Shown one piece after another: positions 41,032 to 50,670 of a stretch of 64,000 nt of DNA. Source of the DNA: Candidatus Iainarchaeum sp. (GTDB lineage Archaea; Iainarchaeota; Iainarchaeia; Iainarchaeales; JAZDFD01); assembly GCA_043808155.1 (NCBI GenBank), contig JAZDFD010000024.1, forward strand, positions 1 to 64,000. The letters are read 5' to 3'. A program made the translations under genes and the position numbers. Each line of letters starts with the position of its first letter. Position 1 is the first letter of the stretch. A model generated the notes under the pieces. That model did no database searches. It had not been told where the DNA came from and saw only the letters and a program-made list of their open reading frames with translations.

Positions 41032-41804
41032 CGCACATAAGTCAAATCTTTATCATTTTCTTCTACTCTGAGTTCTTCTAATTGTTTTGAAAGCTGAGTG
41101 AATGTTTTTTCAATTTGTTTTGCTTCTTTTTCTATGTTTTTCATGTCAATTTTAAAACCGTGCATTTTCACAAGAAGTTCAAGAACTTTTTTTGCAGAAC
41201 CGTGATCACCATAAATTAACTGAGAATTTGTTTCGCCCATTAAACATGCACCTTCGATTTTCTGGATTTTTGCAGAACCTAAAATTAAACCTGCGGCACC
41301 AGAAATAAGCCCTTCTTTTTTGTCAGTTACTGCACCCAATTTTGAAAGTTCATCAAGAAGTTTTTTAGAAGTTGCAGCTGCAATTACGCTTGGTTCTTTG
41401 TCAATTCTTCTGTCACCAATGTTTATTCCTGCAAGAGTATAAATTTTAGTTACACCTAAAATTTTTGCAACATTTACTATTTGTTCTGCAAATTCATAAT
41501 GATTGGAAGTTGTACCTGCTCTGAAATCAAGACTTGGCTGAACAGGACCGACTAAAAACAAAAAATCTTTTCCGTTTAAATTGTAATGAAAAATTTCATC
41601 AATAATTAAATTTATGAGTCCGTTTTTTGTGTGCACACTTGGAGGGAAGGAATCAGAATAAATTTCTGCAATTTTCTGAGTTTTGAGCTGACTCATTAAA
41701 TAATCAACTGCAATTTTTCCCACAAGACCTATTCCGGGGAGCCCAGTAACTAAAACCGCATCTTGGAATTTCTTTTCTGTGAGTAGTTTTATTTTTGTAA
41801 CCAT
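41028..41804 (-). CDS. Proteasome assembly chaperone (PAC2) family protein
   Basis: GLPGIGLVGKIA, ISGAAGL, CLMGET; C-terminal TYVR. Confidence 0.92.
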   Translation of the reverse strand: MVTKIKLLTEKKFQDAVLVTGLPGIGLVGKIAVDYLMSQLKTQKIAEIYSDSFPPSVHTKNGLINLIIDEIFHYNLNGKDFLFLVGPVQPSLDFRAGTTSNHYEFAEQIVNVAKILGVTKIYTLAGINIGDRRIDKEPSVIAAATSKKLLDELSKLGAVTDKKEGLISGAAGLILGSAKIQKIEGACLMGETNSQLIYGDHGSAKKVLELLVKMHGFKIDMKNIEKEAKQIEKTFTQLSKQLEELRVEENDKDLTYVR

Positions 41805-41824
41805 TTTATCACTAATCTCTAATG

Positions 41825-42598
41825 CTAATTTGCACGTTCAAATTCTGCAATTGCTTTGCCTGATTTGAAATCATCAACAACAAGTCCTGAAACGTATTTT
41901 AAAACACGCTCAGCAACTTTGTAATCTGGTGAGGATACTTTTATAACATATTTTCCCGAACCAGAATAATAAATATCAATATGTGCATCTTTTGTTGATT
42001 TTTCTGCTTTTGATAATGTAGATTTTATTTTTTCAACACCGTTGGGTGCAGTAGACTGCAAAGTGAAAACACCTTTTACAGTTTTCATTGAAATTGAGAC
42101 ATTCTTTTCCACAAGATCGAGCAGTGGTTTTTGCCATTCTTTAGGAATCATTTTAATTGCATTTTCTTTTTCAGTTGCAATTTTCTGAAATGCATCATAA
42201 AGTGTTTCGTATTCTTTAATTAATGGTTCAGCAACCGCATCCCATGCATCATCAAACTCTTTTTTTTCATTAGTTGCTAAAAGTTCAATTAATCGTGTGT
42301 TTCTTATAAGCTGTTTGTATTCTTCGATTTTTAATCGTTGGATATTAGGAGAAACTTTGGTAAGTGATAAATCAATCTGATTTTTTTCCGGAGAAATTGC
42401 GATTACTTTTGCAGCTCTCATCTGGCCTTCTTTAGCAAAATTTCTTATGTTTTTTACCCAGCGTGAAGCTACTTCTGAAATATGCACAAAGCCTTTCTGG
42501 TTATCATATTCTAATAACTCAGCAAATACTCCGTAATCCATTACTTTTGTAATTTTGCATATTACAATATCGCCTCTTTCAGGAACATCTTCATTCAA
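41825..42598 (-). CDS. eif2a: Translation initiation factor aIF2 alpha
   Basis: S1 domain with GFVHISEVASRWVKNI, IDLSL, GVEKIK. Confidence 0.96.
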   Translation of the reverse strand: MNEDVPERGDIVICKITKVMDYGVFAELLEYDNQKGFVHISEVASRWVKNIRNFAKEGQMRAAKVIAISPEKNQIDLSLTKVSPNIQRLKIEEYKQLIRNTRLIELLATNEKKEFDDAWDAVAEPLIKEYETLYDAFQKIATEKENAIKMIPKEWQKPLLDLVEKNVSISMKTVKGVFTLQSTAPNGVEKIKSTLSKAEKSTKDAHIDIYYSGSGKYVIKVSSPDYKVAERVLKYVSGLVVDDFKSGKAIAEFERAN

Positions 42599-42608
42599 AC
42601 TTATCCCC

Positions 42609-42803
42609 TTATTCCATTTCCTTTACAACTTTTGCTTTGAGTTCAATTCTTGAAGATTTACTTTTTGCAAGAAGCTGATTGCAGGCATTGCATTTCACAT
42701 CAGACGCTGCTGAATTGAAAATTGTCTGTTCATTGCCGCAACCACTGCATTTTACTCTTATGAATTTTGTTTTTGGGTTTGGTATTAAATTATCATTACT
42801 CAT
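42609..42803 (-). CDS. rps27e: 30S ribosomal protein S27e
   Basis: FIRVKCSGCGNEQ...CNAC zinc ribbon. Confidence 0.95.
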   Translation of the reverse strand: MSNDNLIPNPKTKFIRVKCSGCGNEQTIFNSAASDVKCNACNQLLAKSKSSRIELKAKVVKEME

Positions 42804-42873
42804 AGAAAAATTTCGGTATTAAGTATTTATAAAGGGTATGGCGTGTTTCCGAAGTATTTCGCTCACGATTTCA

Positions 42874-43437
42874 TTAAGCATCCTGAACTAATTTTCTTGA
42901 TTTTAAAAGAAGTGCTACTTTTTCAGGGATTGTGACTTTTTGACCTTTTGAAAAAGGACCGTATTCTTTCATGTCACTCCCGACAAAAGAGGGAATTTGT
43001 TTAAGAACTTCAACTTTTGTTTCGGTGGGTTTTGTTTTAGTTGATGATTTTTTGTTATTATTTGATTCAAATATTTCGCTTAGAAAACCTCTGTGTTTTT
43101 CAAGAATTTTAAGCATTTCAGTGTAGGTTTTTTTCTCTTGTTTGCACATATTCTGTTCAGAGGTTTCTCCTGTTCTTGAAGCAGTTAACGCTTTGTTGAG
43201 AATTTTCTTTTCTCTTAATGAAAAAATTTCATCAACCATTTTTTTTAAGTTTGTAAAATCTCTTGCTTTAGTTATAGAAAAATCTTTGAGACTTTTTATG
43301 TATTCTTCTTTTTCTTCGCAAATGAATTCATTCAGCGAATCATAAAAATTAGGTTCAACTTCAACTAAACGCGAGGTGCTTTTTTCCAATCTGTAAATTC
43401 TTCTTATTTCATCATAATCCATGTCCAAAAAAATCAC
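42874..43437 (-). CDS. GINS subunit (Gins51/15 type)
   Basis: RLEKS...FY, REKKI A-domain and IPSFVGSDMKEYGPF B-domain; located after priS. Confidence 0.9.
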   Translation of the reverse strand: MIFLDMDYDEIRRIYRLEKSTSRLVEVEPNFYDSLNEFICEEKEEYIKSLKDFSITKARDFTNLKKMVDEIFSLREKKILNKALTASRTGETSEQNMCKQEKKTYTEMLKILEKHRGFLSEIFESNNNKKSSTKTKPTETKVEVLKQIPSFVGSDMKEYGPFSKGQKVTIPEKVALLLKSRKLVQDA

Positions 43438-44663
43438 CTTAATTCTGCAGCACCTCTTGCAATCAGATAAATTGCAAGATACTCCGGGAGTGAAACTTCT
43501 GTATTTTCAAACTTCCCAAAGCTCTTTCCTTTAAACATTAATTCAGGTGCTTTGTTAATAAAAACCCTTATCTCAGAGTCTGAGAAAACCAAAGCATCTG
43601 TGAAAGGATCGAATTCTTTCAGTTTTTCCCTTTCAATTGTTTTTGCAAGAAGCCCTGTTCCTCCGTGAATTGTGTCAGGAACTCTTACAATTTTGTGCAT
43701 ATCAATTGAGGTCTGTCTGTCAATGTCCAGTGCGACTTTTTTTCTTATGTGTTCTAAAAGTGCGTTCCAGAATTCAAGTTCTTTCGGGGTTCCTGAGGAA
43801 AGTAGAACATTCTGTTCCTGAATTTTTTTAAGTAGCAGTTCTTTATTGGGGATTAATTTTTTTGCTTTTATGACAGGTATGTTTCCTGCTTCTGCAATTG
43901 TTGATAAGTCATTTTCAGTTAAAAATTTAACAAGCGCTTCTGAAATTCTTTTTCCCCAGCCAAAACTTTGTTTCATATCAGGACACAGCATCATTTTGTC
44001 TTTTTTTACAAAACCCAATGACGGAAAATTAAGATTGTTTGCAGTTAAATAATCCAGAAGTTCAATTCTTGCTGTGTGGCTTAAAGTGTGAATTGCTTCA
44101 TTTCTAATGTGCACGTGATAGCCTGCATTTCCTGAAAAATTAACTGTTAAACCAGTGAATCCAAAATCATTTTCTAAAAAATCAATTAATTTGAAAACTT
44201 GTTTTTTTGTTTCATTCAGACAGTCAGGACAGAACCATTGTGTTACTGATACGCGTTCTCCGCAGTTTGTGCATTTCTCCGGGTTTCCTGTTCCATCCAA
44301 ATTACAGTTTTCACATGCCCAGGTATCATGTTTGTCTTTGCATTTTGTTTTTATGTCATCAGCATCAAACTCGTAAATTAAATCTGCACCCTGAAGTTCT
44401 TTTGTGTTCATTGGTCTTTTTTCAGGAAATTTATAGTACGCGGAAGATGCAGAAATGTAAAAAGGCACGTCCTCGCGCAAAAAAGTGTTTAATTCATCAT
44501 AGTTTTTGAACACCACATGCCTGTTTGAAATTTTTTTACCGTATGTTCCAAAACCAAATTCTCTTGTTTCTGGTTTTGGCGGTTCATTAACTGTGTTATT
44601 TTTGTAATAACTCTGAAATTTTTCTTTCAGGAATGTTTCTTCTCGTTCGCTCACTAACATCAC
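43434..44663 (-). CDS. priS: DNA primase small subunit
   Basis: REFGF, EFDAD, FSGNAGYH, IDRQTSID...RVPDTIHG. Confidence 0.95.
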   Translation of the reverse strand: MMLVSEREETFLKEKFQSYYKNNTVNEPPKPETREFGFGTYGKKISNRHVVFKNYDELNTFLREDVPFYISASSAYYKFPEKRPMNTKELQGADLIYEFDADDIKTKCKDKHDTWACENCNLDGTGNPEKCTNCGERVSVTQWFCPDCLNETKKQVFKLIDFLENDFGFTGLTVNFSGNAGYHVHIRNEAIHTLSHTARIELLDYLTANNLNFPSLGFVKKDKMMLCPDMKQSFGWGKRISEALVKFLTENDLSTIAEAGNIPVIKAKKLIPNKELLLKKIQEQNVLLSSGTPKELEFWNALLEHIRKKVALDIDRQTSIDMHKIVRVPDTIHGGTGLLAKTIEREKLKEFDPFTDALVFSDSEIRVFINKAPELMFKGKSFGKFENTEVSLPEYLAIYLIARGAAELR

Positions 44664-44760
44664 GCTTCTTTTGTTTGTATTTTACTTTTATTTTTGTTTT
44701 TTCACTCTTCTTTGGTTTGTTTGTTTATTTTGTTTTTTTCACGCGTCCTTAGTTTGTTTT
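44660..44760 (-). repeat. Three degenerate tandem copies of the priL 3' end / stop motif
   Basis: Minus strand: caaactaaggacgcgtga, caaaccaaagaagagtga, caaacaaaagaagcgtga, spaced about 40 bp apart. Confidence 0.6.
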
Positions 44761-45785
44761 TCATTTTTCTTTTGTTTGTTCTTTTTTTCTTTTGCGAGTT
44801 CTCTTTTGTAATAACTTAAAGGATGTTTTACATTGCAGGTTTTTGAATTGCACAGAGTATATTCTTTTATTTTGACACAGCTTGGTGGTGTGTATTTTGT
44901 TCCTTTTTTCCCTGCAATTCTCTCAACCTGGTATTTTGTTGTGCTTTCTTTGTAATTGGGTGCTTTTTTGAAAATTTCAATTATTTCAGAACTTGGCATT
45001 TCAATACCTGCAAGGAATGTGGCAAGAAAAAAACGTGCAGAATGCGATATATTTTTTCCTTCCAGAATTGAATCATAAATTTCCGAAACACATGGGGGAA
45101 AATATTCTGGTTTTATTTTTCCTGTGAATTTGAATTCAGTATATCTTTTTTGAGATGCTATAACATCCAGTGCTAATTCTCGTGACATTGTTTTGAATTT
45201 TGAAGGCACATTATTTATGTCTGCGGGAAGTGAATCATAAATTCTTGTGAAAACTAATTCTGAGATAAATCTCATGAAATCATTTTCATCCACATATACT
45301 TTTCCTGCTTTTACTTTCTGGTTTACAAGTTTCAAATAGTCTTCATTGAAATTAATTTTCAGATAATCAAACAAATCCAAAGTTACAAAGAAATTCTCAT
45401 CATTAGAAAGTGAAAATTTCAAATCCAAATCATCTGCTAAGTTGAGCAGAATTTCATTTCTGTTTTTCTCTTTTGAAAGATAATTGAATGTTGTTTTTGA
45501 AACCATCATTGCGAATTTTTCATTTAATGATGATTTGTTCAGGAAAGAAAGCAGAATTTTTGCAACAGGGAATGCTAAAATTTCATTTTTTAAAAGTTCA
45601 GAGTGATTTATTTCCTCAACTTCGTATTCTTTTCCAATTGCAGCTAACTCAATCATTACTTTTGCACGTTTTATGGTTTCTATGGGCACCTCTTCCAGAG
45701 ATAGATTCATTTCTCGGAGTACATTCTTCGCAGTGCGTGAAAAAGGGTATTTCTGAGAGAATTTGAGAGCTTCCACTGCAGCCAT
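44739..45785 (-). CDS. priL: DNA primase large subunit
   Basis: KYPF, FPPC, HSARF, YQV..I, YTPPSC, C...HPLSYY Fe-S domain. Confidence 0.95.
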   Translation of the reverse strand: MAAVEALKFSQKYPFSRTAKNVLREMNLSLEEVPIETIKRAKVMIELAAIGKEYEVEEINHSELLKNEILAFPVAKILLSFLNKSSLNEKFAMMVSKTTFNYLSKEKNRNEILLNLADDLDLKFSLSNDENFFVTLDLFDYLKINFNEDYLKLVNQKVKAGKVYVDENDFMRFISELVFTRIYDSLPADINNVPSKFKTMSRELALDVIASQKRYTEFKFTGKIKPEYFPPCVSEIYDSILEGKNISHSARFFLATFLAGIEMPSSEIIEIFKKAPNYKESTTKYQVERIAGKKGTKYTPPSCVKIKEYTLCNSKTCNVKHPLSYYKRELAKEKKNKQKKNEKQTKDA

Positions 45786-45855
45786 GAATATATAGTGAAT
45801 TGAAGGGTTTTAAAAGAATTCTAAGTGGATTTCCTGTGAATTTTTTCATCAGTAT

Positions 45856-46350
45856 TTATAATTTCTTAATTGCATTCAAAAGTAGAGTATATTCCGCAAG
45901 CATTGCTTTTTGCAGTTGAGGATTTGTTACGTCTCTTTTGATTCTTTCTATTTCCCTATTTATAATAGCAATATTGTCTGTTTTCCCTATGGTCAAACCC
46001 AATTTTTCTGCAAAGTTTAATAGCATAGTAAGTCTTTGTTCATCAGGATTACGCATAATCTTGGTCAGCTGAGCTTCTAACTTTGGACTGAGTAAAATGA
46101 ACTCACTAGTTTTTTCTTGTTTGGGAGGTATGCGTTTTTTTCTGGCGGGTGTGCTTTGCTGTGGTTTGGTGCGTGTGCTTTGCTGTGGTTTGGTGGGTGT
46201 GCTTTGCGGTGATTCGGTACTGGGGGGTAAGTTTAATGATTCCATAAGTAGTTTAGTTTTTAAGCGATCTAATTTTTCATCTGCCGCCCGAGGCCTTTGC
46301 ACCTTTGGCTTCGCGTGTGGTAGGACTTTTTTTATTTTTGGTTTTGGCAT
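45856..46350 (-). CDS. Orphan hypothetical protein with P/K-rich N-terminus
   Basis: 164-aa ORF between PCNA and priL, with a TATA-like box upstream. Confidence 0.6.
   Translation of the reverse strand: MPKPKIKKVLPHAKPKVQRPRAADEKLDRLKTKLLMESLNLPPSTESPQSTPTKPQQSTRTKPQQSTPARKKRIPPKQEKTSEFILLSPKLEAQLTKIMRNPDEQRLTMLLNFAEKLGLTIGKTDNIAIINREIERIKRDVTNPQLQKAMLAEYTLLLNAIKKL
46149..46207. repeat. 24-bp tandem repeat x2.5 (QST[P/R]TKPQ)
   Basis: gtgtgctttgctgtggtttggtgc / gtgtgctttgctgtggtttggtgg / gtgtgctttgc. Confidence 0.9.
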
Positions 46351-46390
46351 GTGTATATTAATGCACAGTAAAATAAAAAGCTTTCTAGAA

Positions 46391-47119
46391 TCAGAGTATC
46401 ATATGCGCCAGATGGAAAACAATTGGTGATTTTCCAATAATGTAGCTTACGCGCATTGGGGCATCCGTTTTTAGTTCTAATGTGATTTTTTTGGTTGGGT
46501 CTGCTTCTTTTACAATGTTCTGTAAGAAATTAAGTGAAAATTTAGTTGTAACGTCTTTTGTGCTTTTAACTGAGATTTTACTCGCCTGTTTTGCAATTGA
46601 TTTTAAGGTTCCCTGTGACCCCTTGGCACCGATTGAAAATTCATTTTTTTTAACATTTAAAACAACTGAGCTTCCGAACAATGAGGCGTCTTTTAATGCT
46701 TCTTTCAGAATTCTTGCATTGATTTCAACTGTGGCATCTGCTTTATGCTGAGGTAAATTCACTTCGTCATCCTTAACATCAATCAGGGGGATCCTGAATG
46801 ATCTGTTTAGTTCACCTTCCAGATCAATAAGGAAATCTGAATCTGTAATTGTCATTTTTAAGTTGTCTTCCGGAAGGATTCTGTTCATTATTTTGCTGAA
46901 TTCATTTAAATCAAGACCAATGAAAGACGGTTCAACCTTATACTTGTCAAAAACAGACGGCTCAATATGTAAATCAATTAAAACAACCTGGCTTGGGTCC
47001 ATTGCTTTGAAGAAAACACCTTTATCATTGAATCGGAAATTGCCCTCACCTAAAAAGCCAGAAATAGCATCAATTGGTTTTTTCCAGTATTCAACTTTCT
47101 TATTGCCTAGTTCAATCAT
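46391..47119 (-). CDS. pcn: PCNA sliding clamp, divergent paralog
   Basis: AMDPSQVVLIDL, IGLDL, IPLID, FSLNFL, DAPM; C-terminus FHLAHMIL. Confidence 0.9.
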   Translation of the reverse strand: MIELGNKKVEYWKKPIDAISGFLGEGNFRFNDKGVFFKAMDPSQVVLIDLHIEPSVFDKYKVEPSFIGLDLNEFSKIMNRILPEDNLKMTITDSDFLIDLEGELNRSFRIPLIDVKDDEVNLPQHKADATVEINARILKEALKDASLFGSSVVLNVKKNEFSIGAKGSQGTLKSIAKQASKISVKSTKDVTTKFSLNFLQNIVKEADPTKKITLELKTDAPMRVSYIIGKSPIVFHLAHMIL

Positions 47120-47186
47120 TGTAATCAGAGATACTTATGTCAAGAAGGATTTAAATTGGTTTTCTCTTTTTGAAAGAGTTTTCAGT

Positions 47187-47930
47187 TTACTGCTCAATTC
47201 TTGGTGCTAAAAAATAGGTAATTTGTGCATCTCCAAGAGCATAGGAGATTTTTACGGGTGCGTTGGTTTTAATGAACAGTTTTATATCTGAATCAGCAGG
47301 TGCAGCTTTGAGCATATCTGCCAAATATTCCAAAGGGAACATGCTGTGGGATTCCTGTTTAATGTTCAGTTCTTTCAGAGTTTCGTCATTCTTTAAAGTT
47401 TCATTGTAAACAGTTCCTTTGCTTGAGTTTGCCTTTACAAAAAAGGATTTTGAATCTGCACCTAAAGAAACATGAGTGGATATTAATGATGCGTCTTTTA
47501 ATGCATCCTGAAGAACTGATGCTCGTAATGTAAGCTCAGCATCAAATTCAATCTTTGGATTGGGAATTTCATTTGAATTAATGTCAAGCAAGGGCATGAC
47601 AAATTTACGTGATGATTTTCCCTTAAAAAGCAGAGAAAGCGAGTTTTTTTTATCATCAAGTTTTATCTCAAGTTCATCTCCTGCTTTTGTGCGTGAGAGA
47701 ATCTGTTTTAAGTATGCAAGATCCATTCCAAGTTTCGTCTTTTCCTTAACATGGAATTTTTTAAATGCTTTTTTGCCCATTGTGAAATCAATCATTGAAA
47801 TCTGACTGGGGTCTGTTGCTTTCAAAGTTAAAGTATCATTTTCTAAAACAAAATCTGCTTCATCAATAAGGACTGCAATTGCGTCAACGCATTTTTTGAA
47901 GTTCTCTGCTTTTTCAATTATTAATTCCAA
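47187..47930 (-). CDS. pcn: PCNA sliding clamp, canonical paralog
   Basis: ATDPSQISMIDF, MPLLD, FPLEYL, YFLAPRIE. Confidence 0.95.
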   Translation of the reverse strand: MELIIEKAENFKKCVDAIAVLIDEADFVLENDTLTLKATDPSQISMIDFTMGKKAFKKFHVKEKTKLGMDLAYLKQILSRTKAGDELEIKLDDKKNSLSLLFKGKSSRKFVMPLLDINSNEIPNPKIEFDAELTLRASVLQDALKDASLISTHVSLGADSKSFFVKANSSKGTVYNETLKNDETLKELNIKQESHSMFPLEYLADMLKAAPADSDIKLFIKTNAPVKISYALGDAQITYFLAPRIEQ

Positions 47931-47982
47931 AAAATCACCACTTTACTATAACTATTAAACTAGACAATGAATAAAAACATTC

Positions 47983-48708
47983 CTAACAAATGCCCCTGTA
48001 ATTCTCGGGGAGATTGCCAGTTATTATTACACTTCCCAAATTATCAAAAAGCCATAGCTTTACACAGCCCACAAAAGGAATTTTCAGTAATGCTTTTCCA
48101 TCAAGTTCTGAAACAGGTACGGGAAACAGGGAAATGCATTGTTTGCTGGAAATTGTGCATTCCTGATCAATCACATTATTGTTATCGCCTTTTGTAACAA
48201 CATAAGTCCCGTCTCCAGCATTCAATTTAGCCATTACCCTGTGGATTATTGGCTGCTGTCTGAGATTTGAAAAATAAACTACGATGTCATTAGTTGTGTT
48301 AAATGGAATTTCAGTTCCATTTTTGAAAATAATTTTTTTTGAGACATAATCTGTGTTTGCAACATCATTCAAATATGTATTTTGTAAAGTTCTTGTGTCA
48401 ATATCAACTTCAGGTGCAACAAGTGTTGCAGGTGTTGTTCCCTGTAAAACAATCACATCGCCTCTGTAATAAACTGGTTCCATTGAACCACTGACTACAA
48501 TAACCATCGGACTTGATGTGCCCAAAACAAATCCTAAAATAGAATAGATTGCTAATGCAAAAACAAATGCACTTACAATATAAACAACCCATGAAATTAG
48601 TTCATTTTCATCTGGATTTAACACAGGCATTAAAAAAAGATCAACATAATGGAACGGGTCAAGGTATTTTAAAAATCCCAATTTTGCCTTTATCGCCTTT
48701 AGACCCAT
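47983..48708 (-). CDS. Signal peptidase I (Sec11-type)
   Basis: VVSGSMEP, GDV, IIHRV, TKGDNN. Confidence 0.93.
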   Translation of the reverse strand: MGLKAIKAKLGFLKYLDPFHYVDLFLMPVLNPDENELISWVVYIVSAFVFALAIYSILGFVLGTSSPMVIVVSGSMEPVYYRGDVIVLQGTTPATLVAPEVDIDTRTLQNTYLNDVANTDYVSKKIIFKNGTEIPFNTTNDIVVYFSNLRQQPIIHRVMAKLNAGDGTYVVTKGDNNNVIDQECTISSKQCISLFPVPVSELDGKALLKIPFVGCVKLWLFDNLGSVIITGNLPENYRGIC

Positions 48709-48733
48709 TCAATCACATCAAGAATATGTGAAC

Positions 48734-49009
48734 TCAGCTTAAACTTTTCTTTGAATTTTGTTTGAAATCTGCGAGTTCTTTTTCGATTTCTGAAATTGCA
48801 TCAGTTAATGCTTTTTTTGCTTTTTTACCTTTTGTTTTGAGAATGAATTTTGAATCCGGATCCATAGGATGTTCTAATTTGTACGAAACAAATTCAACAC
48901 TTGAATCACTTAGAAGTGTTTCTCTCAGAAGGTTTGGCACAGTGTGCCTTGTTTTTTTCATTATGAATTCCAAATGTTCGGGTTTATCAACTAATATTTC
49001 AATCTCCAC
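48734..49009 (-). CDS. rpoL: RNA polymerase subunit L (Rpo11)
   Basis: HTVPNLLR...V.FVSY...HP pattern; csl4-rpoL context. Confidence 0.92.
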   Translation of the reverse strand: MEIEILVDKPEHLEFIMKKTRHTVPNLLRETLLSDSSVEFVSYKLEHPMDPDSKFILKTKGKKAKKALTDAISEIEKELADFKQNSKKSLS

Positions 49010-49051
49010 AATCTCACCTAGTTTTTCTTATTTTTCACAACACTATTAATC

Positions 49052-49615
49052 CTACTTTAACATATAATCATTTGCAATTTTTCTTTGTTCGTTACTTGCG
49101 CAACTTCTGCACTTTAATTGCTTTCCAAATAAATATAATGGTTTTCTGCATTTTTTGCAGAATGCTTTTATAACACCTAATTCTTGTTCGTTTGTTCTTA
49201 AATCTATCCCATATGGTGCATAAAATGAAACTTTTGCTTTTACAATGTCCCCAATACCAAAAAAATCACCTAGTTTTTCAACATATTCGCGACTTATGTT
49301 TCTTACAGGAATTGCAGCCATTGCACTAGGCACAACTCGTTTTTTTCCATCTTTTTCTGCAGCAAAGATTTCAACAAATACTGAACTTGGTTTAAGCATT
49401 GAAACTCTCACATAAACAATTGTTCCAACATCTAACATCTCAATATTTTTCATTTTTTCAACAGACACTGATTTCTCAGTGGTATCAATTTCCGACTTAC
49501 CAAGACTATCAGAGCATACATCGCCTTCATCAGATACATAAGTATTCTTTCCCGGCATGTACTCTTCTTCTGTACTAAGAAAATCCCCTGGAAATGCAAT
49601 ATTTTTATCAGACAT
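49052..49615 (-). CDS. csl4: Exosome RNA-binding protein Csl4
   Basis: PGDFL..EE..PG, S1 domain, LGVIKAFC..C...C..C...RKIA. Confidence 0.93.
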   Translation of the reverse strand: MSDKNIAFPGDFLSTEEEYMPGKNTYVSDEGDVCSDSLGKSEIDTTEKSVSVEKMKNIEMLDVGTIVYVRVSMLKPSSVFVEIFAAEKDGKKRVVPSAMAAIPVRNISREYVEKLGDFFGIGDIVKAKVSFYAPYGIDLRTNEQELGVIKAFCKKCRKPLYLFGKQLKCRSCASNEQRKIANDYMLK

Positions 49616-49738
49616 AAAAAAATCCTCGAAAAACAGTTAATATTATAACTTCATAAAATTATACTTATGGTAAGTTATATAAAACAAAGGGTAGAAGCTA
49701 AGCTTGAAGCACATAGGGACGTATAGAGGGAGATTAGA

Positions 49739-50623
49739 ATGGTTTTGGAATCATTAACTGATGTGCATTTCATCAGGAGAAACCCTGTTGTTATGCTATT
49801 TCTGGCGATTGTTGTTTCATCTGTGGGCATGTGGATTGCTTATTTTACTTTCCCGGAATCTGCATCAGTTCTGGCTATTGCTAACATTGCGATTGCGTTA
49901 GTTCCCATAATGCACAGGCTCTTTGTTGTGGAGGAAGTCTGTGAAATTATGAGCCCAGGGGGTACACTTGGTTTTCTGTCAAGACATGGCTGTGCTCTGA
50001 AAATTTATACTTGGCTTTTTATTGGTTTGATTGTATCCTATGCTTTTTGGTATGTTGCAATGCCAATCGAAGTTAAGGAAAGTGTATTTGCACAGCAAGA
50101 TAGTGAACTTGATAAAATTTCAGATCTTAAAACTCAGTTAACAGGAAATGCGTATATGCCAATAACTGCCTGCGATAAAGATTTCTGGTGCTGGTTCCAG
50201 ATAGTGATGTATAACAATTCCAGTGTTCTGCTTTGGGCAATTCTGTTTTCATTTATTTATGGAGCGGGAGCTATATTCCTTATCAGCTGGAATGCATCAA
50301 TTATCGGGATTGTTGTTGGCAGAGACATTATTGGTTTAGTTGCAAGCTATGCACATTTGGGTGTGGGCTGGGATCTTGCTGCAGCTTACATGCACGGGCT
50401 TTTCAATGCCTTGGGATTTTTGCCTCATGGTTTGCCGGAAGCACTTGGTTATTTCATTGGAGCATTTGCAGGTGCAATTATTTCAGTTGCGATAAGTAAA
50501 AGACAATACAGAAGCAAAGAGTTTGAAACAATTGCAAAAGATGCATTTATTCTGGTTTTAATTGCATTGCTTTTCATATTAATTGGTGCGTTAATAGAAG
50601 CTTATTTGTTAATTTCAATGTGA
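49739..50623 (+). CDS. SpoIIM/DUF95 family membrane protein
   Basis: NN, WNASIIG, PHGLPE, GALIEA motifs. Confidence 0.85.
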   Translation: MVLESLTDVHFIRRNPVVMLFLAIVVSSVGMWIAYFTFPESASVLAIANIAIALVPIMHRLFVVEEVCEIMSPGGTLGFLSRHGCALKIYTWLFIGLIVSYAFWYVAMPIEVKESVFAQQDSELDKISDLKTQLTGNAYMPITACDKDFWCWFQIVMYNNSSVLLWAILFSFIYGAGAIFLISWNASIIGIVVGRDIIGLVASYAHLGVGWDLAAAYMHGLFNALGFLPHGLPEALGYFIGAFAGAIISVAISKRQYRSKEFETIAKDAFILVLIALLFILIGALIEAYLLISM

Positions 50624-50670
50624 ATCAGTTTCAAAATTAATTTTCAGAATTAGTTTCAGGTAGGAATTTT

